A stretch of DNA of 64,000 nt from an uncultured bacterium (GTDB taxonomy: Bacteria > Acidobacteriota > HRBIN11 > JAKEFK01), in NCBI GenBank assembly GCA_963777505.1, contig CAVZQN010000004.1, positions 64,001 through 128,000 of the forward strand. Direction: 5' to 3'. The notes beneath the pieces are model-generated. The model had not been told where the DNA came from. It was given only the letters and a program-made list of their open reading frames with translations, and did no database searches. Made by a program: the position numbers and the translations under genes. Below, piece after piece: positions 38,188-48,817 of this stretch. Every line of letters begins with the position of its first letter. Positions within the stretch are counted from its first letter, which is position 1.

Positions 38188-38940
38188 CTAATCATCCAAA
38201 TGCTTAAAAAATAGCATCGGTAGGATCTGGCGTTCTAATCTCTCATCAAAACCGCATCGATCGGCAAATTCTGTTGTGTCCATGTATGTGCCAAAAATGC
38301 GATCCCAAATCGGCAAGTCTGAAAAATTATAGAAATGTACATCATATTGATGATGTATCGAATGCAACTCAGGCGTCTGAATGAAGTATCGGATCCAGCC
38401 CGGAGTTTTAAGGTTTGCGTGGTAAAAATATTCTCCAACTGCGGCAAAGAAATTGTTCCAAAAAACGCCCATCATCGAACAGCCCAATAATGGATACAAA
38501 ACGATCGCAGTCAAAATGGAGTCACTTAAGATTTCGATTGGATGTTTGTAAAAGGATGTAACAACTTCGATTCGTGCAGGAGAGTGATGCACTTGATGGA
38601 AAATGTACCAGAGAAATCGAGAGTGTCTGAATCTGTGCCACCAATAGAAGAAAAAAGTACCGATCGTCCAGCCGATGAGTCCTTCTAAGATTGGGTTTTG
38701 GAGGTTACTTAAGTGAAATAAGGAATGCTCACCAAATAACTTGATCCAGATTTCGGCGGTGGACACAGTAATTACGAATTGTGCGAGGTTGACCAAAAGT
38801 GCGCGAATGTACCAACCTTTCACTTTTGGTAATTGCCTTCCAGGAAATAATCGTTCCACAACAAGAAAGAAAATTGTTGCAACAGTCAGGCAAATCGTTG
38901 GAGTTGTTAACTGAGGGATCGCATTGATATTCATAATCAT
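38188..38940 (-). CDS. Sterol desaturase / fatty acid hydroxylase family
   Basis: His boxes YWWHRFRH, HQVHHS, FYHAN, HSIHH. Confidence 0.9.
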   Translation of the reverse strand: MIMNINAIPQLTTPTICLTVATIFFLVVERLFPGRQLPKVKGWYIRALLVNLAQFVITVSTAEIWIKLFGEHSLFHLSNLQNPILEGLIGWTIGTFFFYWWHRFRHSRFLWYIFHQVHHSPARIEVVTSFYKHPIEILSDSILTAIVLYPLLGCSMMGVFWNNFFAAVGEYFYHANLKTPGWIRYFIQTPELHSIHHQYDVHFYNFSDLPIWDRIFGTYMDTTEFADRCGFDERLERQILPMLFFKHLDD

Positions 38941-39106
38941 TCATTACGAAGGTAGGATTCGTGCGTTCCTCCGCTATGTGAGAGCTAACAAAGTGTGACA
39001 ATTAAATGGAACGTTTTATGGGAGGGTGAATGAGCGAGACGCCCCCTGCTTTGCCGCAAGAATTGCTTGATTGCGAGAGTAGGCATGTCTACAATGTTCA
39101 GACGCT

Positions 39107-41185
39107 ATGAATCGTAATGCAGTTCGGTTGTTTTTCTGCGGTTTCTTGATCCTTTTTTTGGAGCTGGTTCTCATCCGCTATTTAGCAGGCAGCGTATGGA
39201 ACATGGGCTTCTTTCCCAATCTTGTTTTGATGGCCGTTTTTATTGGAATGGGGTTGGGCTTTCTGTTTCATCAGCACATTTCTGAAGAACGTTCTCCCTG
39301 GTTTTTTCAGGCTTCTGTTTTTGTGCTCGGACTTCTTGTAATTCTCCTTTACTACAAACATCCGATCGTTCCCGGCTTTTCGCGATGGATCGGAAATCTC
39401 GGCAATGAAATTTTCTTCACAATGAGTCCTCATGACTCCGGAATCTGGGATTACCTGATTTTCATCATCATTTTCTTTAGCGTCATTTCCATTTTCGTAT
39501 TGATTTCTCAACGTACAGCAAAATTTTTTCGCCAGTTTGCGCCGCTTCGTGCGTATACGCTCGACATTTCGGGATCTTGCGCAGGCATTCTTGCATTTAT
39601 GGCGATGAGCTGGTTTCAACTTCCGGCCTGGATATGGTTCCTGCTCTTGATTCCATTATTTTTGATTGTTCTTAATGGATCATTGATAAAAACAGTTGTT
39701 CCAGTTGTAGTCGTTCTGCTTGTGGCAGCGTTTTATGTTTATAGACAAGATCAACAGTTATTAATGGATCGTGCTTATAAGGGCGTAGTTGAAGTGAAAT
39801 GGTCTCCGTATCAAAAGGTTGAATATATTAGTAAACCTACTCAACACATTTTTGTGAACGGACTTGGCCATCAGAATATGGTTTCACCTAACGAGTTGCC
39901 AAACTCACTGTATGCACTTCCTTATAGGTACAGAGAGAAGAATAATCGTCCACAGGCTGAAAATGTGCTTGTGATCGGAGCAGGATCAGGCAATGACGTT
40001 GCAACCGCGCTCATATTTGGAGCAAAGTTGGTTGATGCTGTCGAAATCGATCCTGTAATCGCAGGTCTTGGGAAAAAATATCATCCTGCACAAGCGTACA
40101 AAGACCCTCGGGTCAATCTGGTGGTGGATGATGCGCGCGCTTTTATGACCAATACCAGGCGAAAATACGATTTGATCGTTTTTGCTCTAACGGATTCACT
40201 TGTAAAAGTCAGCCCCATGGCCCAACTCCGTTTGGAGAATTACATCTTCACTGAACAAGCAGTGCAAACTGCGTACAATCTTTTGAAGAAAGATGGCAAC
40301 ATTGTATTTTATAATTTCTACCGCCTGCCCTGGATCAAGGAAAAAATTGAGAGAATGACTTACACGGGTATTGGCCGTTATCCGTTAACGCGGACAAGAA
40401 AGAATTCAGATTTTTCGGTCATGATTGTGGATTCAAATCTTGATGTTGCCCCGCCAAAGACTGCTGAAATGAATCTTGATATTCCCGTAGACGACTGGCC
40501 GTTTTTGTATTTAAAGCATCGCGGAATTCCAGCTATTTATCTGAAAGTTATAGCCGGACTTGCCGTCTTTGTGGTGATTCTAAGTTTTGTATTGCGCCGA
40601 TCTGTAAAAAAAACCGGTGAGAATCAGGCTAACGACGGTTATATCAAAGGTGCATTCTTTTTTATGGGAGTTGCCTTTTTGTTGTTGGAGACAAAAAGTG
40701 TAATTCAGTTCAGTTTGTTATTCGGTACGACATGGCTGAATAATTCGCTTGTCTTTTTAGGTGTGCTTGTTTTTGTTCTGCTAGCAAATCATCTTGCGAA
40801 TCTGTTTCCACGTCCCGGTCTGTTAAAGCTTGCGTACTTCCTTTTAATCGTCATGTGTTTGTTACAGTTGATTTATCCGCTATCCAATCTGCTGAAAATT
40901 CAGAGTTCCGCTCTTCGATTTGTGCTAGCTTCGCTGCTTACATTTTCGCCGATCTTTTTTGCCAATCTTATTTTTAGCATTACGTTTCGTGACAGGCCCT
41001 TGGCTGAACATTTATTTGGTTGGAATTTGTTCGGTGCTTTTGTTGGAGGGATTCTGGAATATACGAGTATGGCAGTCGGCTACAATTTTCTTTCGGTAAT
41101 TGTAGCAATTTCCTACACGATTGTTTTCGCGCTCCTGGTATTGGAGAAAAGAGTTGCGGGTCTTAGACCGGCCGGACAAGATTAG
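39107..41185 (+). CDS. Membrane-embedded spermidine-synthase-like SAM-dependent protein
   Basis: WSPYQK, VLVIGAGSGNDV, VEIDP, DDARAF, DDWPFLY; TM clusters at both ends. Confidence 0.82.
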   Translation: MNRNAVRLFFCGFLILFLELVLIRYLAGSVWNMGFFPNLVLMAVFIGMGLGFLFHQHISEERSPWFFQASVFVLGLLVILLYYKHPIVPGFSRWIGNLGNEIFFTMSPHDSGIWDYLIFIIIFFSVISIFVLISQRTAKFFRQFAPLRAYTLDISGSCAGILAFMAMSWFQLPAWIWFLLLIPLFLIVLNGSLIKTVVPVVVVLLVAAFYVYRQDQQLLMDRAYKGVVEVKWSPYQKVEYISKPTQHIFVNGLGHQNMVSPNELPNSLYALPYRYREKNNRPQAENVLVIGAGSGNDVATALIFGAKLVDAVEIDPVIAGLGKKYHPAQAYKDPRVNLVVDDARAFMTNTRRKYDLIVFALTDSLVKVSPMAQLRLENYIFTEQAVQTAYNLLKKDGNIVFYNFYRLPWIKEKIERMTYTGIGRYPLTRTRKNSDFSVMIVDSNLDVAPPKTAEMNLDIPVDDWPFLYLKHRGIPAIYLKVIAGLAVFVVILSFVLRRSVKKTGENQANDGYIKGAFFFMGVAFLLLETKSVIQFSLLFGTTWLNNSLVFLGVLVFVLLANHLANLFPRPGLLKLAYFLLIVMCLLQLIYPLSNLLKIQSSALRFVLASLLTFSPIFFANLIFSITFRDRPLAEHLFGWNLFGAFVGGILEYTSMAVGYNFLSVIVAISYTIVFALLVLEKRVAGLRPAGQD

Positions 41186-41239
41186 AATTTGTAGTTCACT
41201 GTTCTCCCTCGATAGTATCTTCTGCGGTAGAATACATCG

Positions 41240-43927
41240 GTGTTAACCACGAACCAGAGGCTGGGGCCTTACGAAATTCAATCTTCCATCGGATCAGGCG
41301 GTATGGGAGAAGTGTATCGCGCAAAAGATACCCGCTTGGGACGCCATGTAGCGGTCAAGGTACTGCCTGAGGAGTTTGCTACACATCCAGAACGGATGCG
41401 GCGATTTGAGCAAGAAGCACGTTCTGCATCCGCCCTGAACCATCCTGCAATCATAACTATTTATGATGTTGGAGTCATCGGCTCGAATGCTTACATCGCC
41501 ATGGAATACGTTGAGGGAAAAACTTTGGCGGCACTTCTTAATGCTGGAAAGCTTCCACTCAAGAAAGTAGTTACACTCGCTTCACAGTTTGCTGATGCCC
41601 TGGCGAAAGCACATGAAGCAGGGATTGTTCATCGTGATCTAAAGCCTGAAAATTTAATGATCACTACAGACGGTTTTCTAAAGATTTTGGATTTTGGATT
41701 GGCAAAGCTCACGAAACCATCGATGGAAGTTTCCACTTTACAAACGCAAACAAGCGCAGGATTGGTGCTTGGCACCGCGGCTTATATGTCGCCTGAACAA
41801 GCAGCCGGAAAAAGTGTCGATTTCAGATCGGATCAATTTTCGTTTGGATCCATTTTGTACGAGATGGTCACAGGCAGTCGACCTTTTTCAAAAAATACTG
41901 CTGTCGAAACAATGACTTCCATTATTCGCGATCAGGCAGAACCTGTTTCTTCAATCGCTCCTGTAGTTCCTGGACCATTGCGGTGGATCATTGAACGTTG
42001 CATGGCAAAAGATCCGGATGAGCGTTACGCCTCGACCCGCGATCTCGCGCGCGATCTGCAAAGCCTGCGCGATCATTTCGCAGAAATTACTTCATCCTCC
42101 GATGCGGCTCAATCATTGCAGGCAACCAAATCGAAGCGTAGCCTGATGTTTCCTTTTGTTATTCTAATGGCGCTTGCAGCAGGGGCAGCTCTCACATATT
42201 GGCTTACCCGCACACCTTCCCAAAACCCCGCTGTCTTCCGGACTCTCACATATTCTGGATCGGACTCTTCTCCAACAGTCTCTTCCAATGGACAACTGGT
42301 TGCTTTTCGATCGGATCGCGATGGGATACCGCGTATCTGGCTCAAACAACTCAAAGGCGGAAACGAAGTTGCAATTACTTCCGGTCCGGACGACTTGCCG
42401 CGATTTTCTCCTGATGGTTCAGTATTGCTGTTTATTCGAAACGAAGGATCTGCAGCATCACTATTTCGCGTGCCTGTATTAGGCGGTGAAGAGCGAAAGA
42501 TAATTGATGATGTAAGAAGTGCTGATTGGTCCCCGGATGGAAAAGAAATTGCATTTATCCGGTGGAAAGCTTCACAAGGAAATCCAGATTCAGAATTTTA
42601 TGTCATAGAACCAGACGGATCGGGTCTTCGTGAAATCGCCGTAATTAAAGAGCGTCAACTCCAGTCCTTGCGCTGGTCTCCGGACGGACGCTATTTGGTT
42701 GCAACTGTAATTATTCAAGGAAATTATGGAAGCAGGGACGCGATTGCGTTAATCGATGTTCAGAATAAGAAAACACAGTGGACCCTCTCTTCTTACAACT
42801 GGCCTACATCTGCAGTTTGGACTGGAACCAAAAATCAGATCGCGTATTTCATTCCCGAAACAGGTGTCGCTTTGTTTCAATTGCGCGGTGACAGCACGCT
42901 ATTCCTGCATGATGTAGAAACCGGCAAACGGAAACCTGTTTTCTGGGCACAGTCGGCTGGCGAAATTATGGATATTGCTGGAAAAGGCAGCATCGTCATG
43001 CATTCTGCATCTTTGCGAGAAAACTTGCGCAAAATCATGCTCAGTGGCAAAGAGGAAAGTGCAGGCTCATCATGGCTTACACGCGGAAATAGTTGCAACC
43101 GTCAGCCGGTTTATTCTCCGGATGGAAGCCGTATTCTGTTTTCTTCAAACATGGCCGCAAATCTTGATCTGTGGGAAGTATCCACGGAATCGCTCGCATT
43201 GCGACGAATCACTGAAGATGCAGCAGGAGACTGGGATCCTTCCTATAGTCCGGATGGAAAACACATTTTGTGGAGTTCTAATCGTGGCGGGCATTTTGAG
43301 ATCTGGATGGCAAACACTGATGGAAGCGGCGCGCGTCAGGTGACAAAAGATGGAGTTGATGCGGAAAATCCCGGAATGACACCCGATGGAAAATGGATTG
43401 TTTATAACTCCTATAACCCAGACCTGAAGGTTCGTGGAATCTGGAAGATTCAACTTGATGGATCCGGTGCTACTCGTATTGCAGCAGGATTGACGCAGTG
43501 GCCTGAAATTTCGCCAGATGGACGTTATGCGAGTTACGGTTTTTACAAACAATCGCTCAATGACAGTTTTACTTACGAACGTGTTGTGGAAATTGCAACA
43601 GGCGCTGAAGTTCCTTTTGAAATCAAAGTCAGCAACCGGGATCGTGTAGGTGGAAGGATGCGCTGGATGCCCGATGGAAAATCGATTGTATTTATTGATG
43701 AAGATGACAAAGGCAACTGGGGATTATTTGCACAGGATTTCATTCCGGGAAAAGATACTCATACTTCACGGCGCAAGTTAACAGGATCCGATGCAGACCG
43801 AAAGATCGATACGTTTACAATCTCTCCCGACAGTTCCACGATTGTGATTGCAGAAGTGGAAATACTCTCCAGTTTGATAATGGCTCATGGCATTCCCGGT
43901 ATCGAAACCCATCGCAAGCAAGACTAA
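41240..43927 (+). CDS. Hanks-type Ser/Thr kinase with TM and TolB/PD40 propeller
   Basis: GSGGMGEVY, HRDLKPEN, DFGLAK, YMSPEQ; repeated SPDG. Confidence 0.93.
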   Translation: MLTTNQRLGPYEIQSSIGSGGMGEVYRAKDTRLGRHVAVKVLPEEFATHPERMRRFEQEARSASALNHPAIITIYDVGVIGSNAYIAMEYVEGKTLAALLNAGKLPLKKVVTLASQFADALAKAHEAGIVHRDLKPENLMITTDGFLKILDFGLAKLTKPSMEVSTLQTQTSAGLVLGTAAYMSPEQAAGKSVDFRSDQFSFGSILYEMVTGSRPFSKNTAVETMTSIIRDQAEPVSSIAPVVPGPLRWIIERCMAKDPDERYASTRDLARDLQSLRDHFAEITSSSDAAQSLQATKSKRSLMFPFVILMALAAGAALTYWLTRTPSQNPAVFRTLTYSGSDSSPTVSSNGQLVAFRSDRDGIPRIWLKQLKGGNEVAITSGPDDLPRFSPDGSVLLFIRNEGSAASLFRVPVLGGEERKIIDDVRSADWSPDGKEIAFIRWKASQGNPDSEFYVIEPDGSGLREIAVIKERQLQSLRWSPDGRYLVATVIIQGNYGSRDAIALIDVQNKKTQWTLSSYNWPTSAVWTGTKNQIAYFIPETGVALFQLRGDSTLFLHDVETGKRKPVFWAQSAGEIMDIAGKGSIVMHSASLRENLRKIMLSGKEESAGSSWLTRGNSCNRQPVYSPDGSRILFSSNMAANLDLWEVSTESLALRRITEDAAGDWDPSYSPDGKHILWSSNRGGHFEIWMANTDGSGARQVTKDGVDAENPGMTPDGKWIVYNSYNPDLKVRGIWKIQLDGSGATRIAAGLTQWPEISPDGRYASYGFYKQSLNDSFTYERVVEIATGAEVPFEIKVSNRDRVGGRMRWMPDGKSIVFIDEDDKGNWGLFAQDFIPGKDTHTSRRKLTGSDADRKIDTFTISPDSSTIVIAEVEILSSLIMAHGIPGIETHRKQD

Positions 43928-43933
43928 ATTACT

Positions 43934-46900
43934 TCATTGATGGTGTTTTAACAGGTCGGTTACTAATGCAACGAGTGCATCGGGTTCGAGCGGTTTACTT
44001 CGATAAAGCTGAAAACCTGCAGCAATTGCCCTGTCGCCATCATCCAACCCATAACCCGTCAGGGCAATAGCAGGAACTCGTGCTTCCTGAACCTCGGGTA
44101 ATGCTCGAATTCTTTTAATCAATGCATAACCATCTTCTTCAGGAAGTCCAACATCCGAAATAATGATGTCTGGAATCCATTCCTTTAAAACGTTTAGGGC
44201 TTCAGAAGATTTACTCGCCGATCGGCACTCTAAACCTTCACGCTCGAGCGTTATGCGAAACATTTCTGCAGAAAGTAAATCATCTTCAATTAACAAAATT
44301 TTCTTGCCTGCTAAAAACGGATTTTGCTTTAAGGTTGTTGGCTCAGGGTTTACAGATTTAAACTTATCAACGCTTATTAATGCCTTTACTGTCTGCAATA
44401 ATTCATCAGGTTCAACCGGTTTGGATACAAACATTTGAAAACCTGAAGAAAGAACACGTTCTCTATCTAGATTTGATGCCTCTGAAGTCAGGGCAATTAC
44501 AGGGATTTCCTTTTTGAAATTTTCTAATGATTGTAGCTGTTTGACAAACCAGTAACCATCTTCATCAGGCATTGCTATGTCACAAATGATTACATCCGGA
44601 TCCCATTCTTTCAGAAGCTTTAGAGCTTTGCGGGCTGTATCATGTGCGGCAACTTCTGCATCGGCTTTGTTAAAAATCGTTTCCATTAATTGCAATGTAT
44701 TCCGATCATCATCGATTACGAGGACACGTACGCCTGAAAGTGCAAGACTAGTTGCTCCTATCGATTCATTTTTAGTAATTCTTGGAGAGTCAACCCAGAT
44801 CACAGAACTATTTGCTCTTTGATGAATCAGCGGGAGGAACACAGTAAAGGTTGCTCCTGAGCCTTCACCGTGGCTCTCGGCTGTTACCTTTCCGCCGTGA
44901 AGTTCAACCAGCTGTTTTACAATCGAAAGTCCTAATCCTAACCCGCCGAATTTTCGCGTGGAACTGCTGTCAGCTTGCAGAAATCGTTCGAAAACAAATG
45001 GCAAAAATTCAGGATGTATACCTGAACCAGTATCTTGAATTGTTATCCGTACTTCGGATTCGGAACGCCTTGCTTTCACTGTGATATTTCCACCGATGGG
45101 AGTGAACTTAACAGCGTTCGAAAGGAGATTCCACAAGATCTGCTGTAATCTTCTGGGATCCGCTTCTAATGACAGAGCTTCTGTTCCGTCTTCAAAGTCA
45201 ATAGTGAGTTCAATATTTTTTGCATTGATCGCATGAGAAACAATATTAATCGCTCCCAGGATCGTTTCTGAAAGTTTCACAATTTCGGGCCTGATGCTCA
45301 TTTTCCCAATGATGATTCGTGAAACATCCAACAAATCATCTATGATTTGAGCTTGATTTTTTGCGCTCATGTAGATTGATTCAACAGCTGCATTTCGTTC
45401 ATCGGTATTTGTCTGCTTTGTCCGCAAAATATGTGCCCAACCCAGAATGGAATTTAAAGGTGTTCTGAGTTCGTGTGAAAGAGTGGCAAGGAATTCATCC
45501 TTCATGCGGATTGATTTTTCCAGCTTGACCCGCAAGTTTTGTTCTTGCAAGAGAAGCTGACTGAGTTTCTGTTCACTTCTCAGTTTTTCGGCTGCTAACC
45601 ATGTCTTTTCAGCCGCTGCTTCAATCACGCTCACTTCCCAATCTTTCCATAACCGTGCGAATTCAACACTGACCCAAAAAGTGGAGGTCCATCTCTCCTC
45701 ACGCATCAGAGGGACTGCGATGTATGCGCCAATGCGATCCGGCCCGTATGCGGTCTCGAATAATGCTGCGGTACGAGGATCATTACGTGTATCGCAATTG
45801 ACTATTGTCTTTCCTCGTTCGATTTCTGCTCTGCTAATTTGAGAATAACTTGATAGTTTTACTGTCCCTACCAAAGAAGTTAATTGTCTTGAGAAATAGT
45901 CATAATGAATTGCGGCGGTATCTGAGTCGTGATCTATTTCATTAAAAAAACACCGAGATACATTTAAATATTCTCCAATCATTTGTGGAACGGTCTGAAA
46001 TAGATCATTGACATCAGTTGCTTCGCGAATATTCGAAGTCACTTTCAGCATGAATAGCTGATTCATTTCTTGAAGCCTTCGATCCGTAATATCCGTTATG
46101 GCGCCTACGAGTCCAATAACTTCTCCATTGTCATTGAATTCCGGAGCATAAGAGGCGTACACAAAACGATTCCCTAATTCCGTAAAAGGAATACTTTGCT
46201 CAAACTGTACAGGTTTGCCCTTTAGAGTTTGATCAACATATTTTTCAATACTCAAATAGGCCTCTTTTCCAAGAATTTCCCAGAGGTATTTGCCTATGAT
46301 TTGTTCCGGGGTCAATCCGAATCGTTCGGCATATGGTTTATTAACGAACTTATATTTTTTTTCAATATCGCAATGAACAAGGTAAATCGGGGCCGAATCT
46401 GTAATCAAAAAAAGCTGTCGCATATTATGGATGCGTGATTCTTCAGCTTGTTGGCGGATTTTTGAGATTTCAAGGCGTGCGTTGATACGCGCGATCAACT
46501 CCCGGCTTGAAAATGGTTTGAACACATAATCATCCGCACCTGCTGCTAATCCCTCGATTCTTGGTTCATCTCCTGCGCGCGCAGAAAGCATAATAATCGG
46601 TAGTAGTTGTGTATCTGGATTTGATCGTAAGTGCCGGAGAAGTTGAATTCCGTCCATGTGGGACATCATCACATCTGTAATCAATAAGTCAGGCAGCTTA
46701 TTTTTTATAGCAGCAAGAGCTGCTTCTCCGTTCGAGACCGTTTCGATTTCATACGCGGTGCCAAGTAAATGGCGGAGGTAGATCCGTAAATCTGCGTTAT
46801 CATCCGCAATCAAAACTCGCGGTTTTTTGTCACCTGCTTGAACAGTATGAATTATGGAAACATTCTTGAGATACTCTGGCGAAATTTCAGACGTCATTTG

Positions 46901-48709
46901 TTCGTCATTTGGAAGCCAGCGAAGTGCTTCTTCAACAAATGCTTGACTCTTCATCGATATCGAAGCCGTGTTTGTATTCGAAACGATGTTTTCTGAATCG
47001 CGTTTTTCTTTGATTGGAATGGAAACACGAAAAGCAGTGCCAACGCCTGGGGAGCTTTCAACACTTATAGATCCGTCATGAATTTTGACCAACTCATTAA
47101 CAAGCGCAAGCCCAATTCCTGAACCTTCAAAACTTCTTCCGTTTACACCTTCTATTCGCTGAAATCGTTCAAACACTCGCGGGATATCTTGAGGTGAAAT
47201 ACCGACTCCGGTATCACGAACTACTAACTCGGCAGAATCATCTTTCTCCACCAGGGTCACATCAAGTTGGCCTTCAAATGTAAACTTGAACGCATTTGAT
47301 ATGAGATTCAGTACAATTTGCTCCCACATTTGGCGGTCTATATATATGAGGCGGGAAAGTTTAGGGCAATCGATTACAAAACGAAGTCCTGCTTTTTCTA
47401 CCGCTGAACGAAAAGCACTGGCAAGATCGGTTGTAAACGTACCTAGTTCAGTGAGCTCATATTTCGCTTTCATTCGCCCAGCTTCAATGCGAGAAAAATC
47501 CAACAAAGCATTGACAAGCTTCAGCAGCCTTAATCCGTTTCGATAAACTGAATCCAGTTCATCAGAATCAGATGTTTTTCGATTGATGATGTCTTCAAGC
47601 GGACCCAACATCAACGTTAAAGGCGTCCGGAATTCGTGACTAATATTGCTAAAGAAAATTGTTTTGGCGGCATCTAACTCTGCCAGTGCTTCGGATCTTT
47701 TATGTTCCGCTTCCAAAGCACTCGCATTGGCAATCGCAGTGGCAATCTGCCCGGCAACTAAATTCAGAAAGCCTTCATATTGCTCATTCATTGCGAGGCG
47801 TGGACTAATTCCAGTGAATATCACACCCACTGGATCTTTTCGTGCAGGTTGTGTAATGGGCAGTATGACAGCCTTGCTAATCAGTTCAGGCCAGTATTTC
47901 GCTTGATGGTTTCCGTATGTTTCTGCGAAGTCGTTAAGAATCTCAGGGCGTCCTGTGTGAAAGACGCGGCTCACAGGACATATCATTTCCTCAACAGGAA
48001 TATTTTTCTGAAGTTCCATTTTTTCTGGTAAATCGAAAGCGGGAGTGCCAGCAATTTTTTTAAGGGTAGCTCGTTCTTCTGAACAGAGATAGATTGTGGC
48101 AAAAGATAAATCGAAACTGTTCGATAAAGATTGAATCGCCGCATCACATGCTTCTTGAATGCTCCGAGTTCCTGAAGTGTTCGACGCAAGTTCGCGAAGA
48201 GTGCGCAGCCGTCGTTCTCCGAGCACTCGTTTGGTTTCTTCTGTACAAGCACAAAAGACACCAGCTACAGAACCTTCATCATCACGGATAGGACTGTAAG
48301 AATAAGTGAAATACGTTTCTTCCGTGTATCCGTATCTCTCCAGTACAAGTAGCTGTTGTTCGCTCCATGTTGCCTGGCCTGACTGAAGAACTTGCCTGGT
48401 TTGAGGTCCGATAACATCCCAAATTTCAGACCAAATCTTTGGTGCAGATCTTCCTAAAGCTTCAGGATGCCTTGCACCAAGCACTGGAATATATGCATCA
48501 TTGTAAAAGTTGATTAACTCAGGACCCCACCATACAAACATGGGATACCTGGAACCCAACATCATGTTTAAAGCGCTTCTTAAAGATTGAGGCCATACTT
48601 CGCGAGAGCCAAGTGGATTTTTTGACCAGTCTTTCGCAAGGATTCGTTCAAACATTTCGCCCGAACCGGCGAGCCAATCAGGATTTGCGTTAAGCTTTTT
48701 GCTGGGCAT
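43934..48709 (-). CDS. Hybrid sensor kinase with two kinase cores (PAS-GAF-HisKA-HATPase-REC-PAS-GAF-HisKA-HATPase-REC-REC)
   Basis: SHEFRTPL and SHELRTPL; three receiver domains. Confidence 0.9.
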   Translation of the reverse strand: MPSKKLNANPDWLAGSGEMFERILAKDWSKNPLGSREVWPQSLRSALNMMLGSRYPMFVWWGPELINFYNDAYIPVLGARHPEALGRSAPKIWSEIWDVIGPQTRQVLQSGQATWSEQQLLVLERYGYTEETYFTYSYSPIRDDEGSVAGVFCACTEETKRVLGERRLRTLRELASNTSGTRSIQEACDAAIQSLSNSFDLSFATIYLCSEERATLKKIAGTPAFDLPEKMELQKNIPVEEMICPVSRVFHTGRPEILNDFAETYGNHQAKYWPELISKAVILPITQPARKDPVGVIFTGISPRLAMNEQYEGFLNLVAGQIATAIANASALEAEHKRSEALAELDAAKTIFFSNISHEFRTPLTLMLGPLEDIINRKTSDSDELDSVYRNGLRLLKLVNALLDFSRIEAGRMKAKYELTELGTFTTDLASAFRSAVEKAGLRFVIDCPKLSRLIYIDRQMWEQIVLNLISNAFKFTFEGQLDVTLVEKDDSAELVVRDTGVGISPQDIPRVFERFQRIEGVNGRSFEGSGIGLALVNELVKIHDGSISVESSPGVGTAFRVSIPIKEKRDSENIVSNTNTASISMKSQAFVEEALRWLPNDEQMTSEISPEYLKNVSIIHTVQAGDKKPRVLIADDNADLRIYLRHLLGTAYEIETVSNGEAALAAIKNKLPDLLITDVMMSHMDGIQLLRHLRSNPDTQLLPIIMLSARAGDEPRIEGLAAGADDYVFKPFSSRELIARINARLEISKIRQQAEESRIHNMRQLFLITDSAPIYLVHCDIEKKYKFVNKPYAERFGLTPEQIIGKYLWEILGKEAYLSIEKYVDQTLKGKPVQFEQSIPFTELGNRFVYASYAPEFNDNGEVIGLVGAITDITDRRLQEMNQLFMLKVTSNIREATDVNDLFQTVPQMIGEYLNVSRCFFNEIDHDSDTAAIHYDYFSRQLTSLVGTVKLSSYSQISRAEIERGKTIVNCDTRNDPRTAALFETAYGPDRIGAYIAVPLMREERWTSTFWVSVEFARLWKDWEVSVIEAAAEKTWLAAEKLRSEQKLSQLLLQEQNLRVKLEKSIRMKDEFLATLSHELRTPLNSILGWAHILRTKQTNTDERNAAVESIYMSAKNQAQIIDDLLDVSRIIIGKMSIRPEIVKLSETILGAINIVSHAINAKNIELTIDFEDGTEALSLEADPRRLQQILWNLLSNAVKFTPIGGNITVKARRSESEVRITIQDTGSGIHPEFLPFVFERFLQADSSSTRKFGGLGLGLSIVKQLVELHGGKVTAESHGEGSGATFTVFLPLIHQRANSSVIWVDSPRITKNESIGATSLALSGVRVLVIDDDRNTLQLMETIFNKADAEVAAHDTARKALKLLKEWDPDVIICDIAMPDEDGYWFVKQLQSLENFKKEIPVIALTSEASNLDRERVLSSGFQMFVSKPVEPDELLQTVKALISVDKFKSVNPEPTTLKQNPFLAGKKILLIEDDLLSAEMFRITLEREGLECRSASKSSEALNVLKEWIPDIIISDVGLPEEDGYALIKRIRALPEVQEARVPAIALTGYGLDDGDRAIAAGFQLYRSKPLEPDALVALVTDLLKHHQ

Positions 48710-48784
48710 TGCCTTTCTAGAATAGGCGACTCGGCAAATTAAGCAAAATGCCTCAGGTGGTTGGATAAAAAATAGCGGGGAACA

Positions 48785-48810
48785 GTAGGGGCGGGTCTAA
48801 GACCCGCCCC
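48785..48810 (+). repeat. GTAG-type REP
   Basis: GTAG-GGGCGGGTCTAAGACCCGCCCC. Confidence 0.8.
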
Positions 48811-48817
48811 TGCAAGA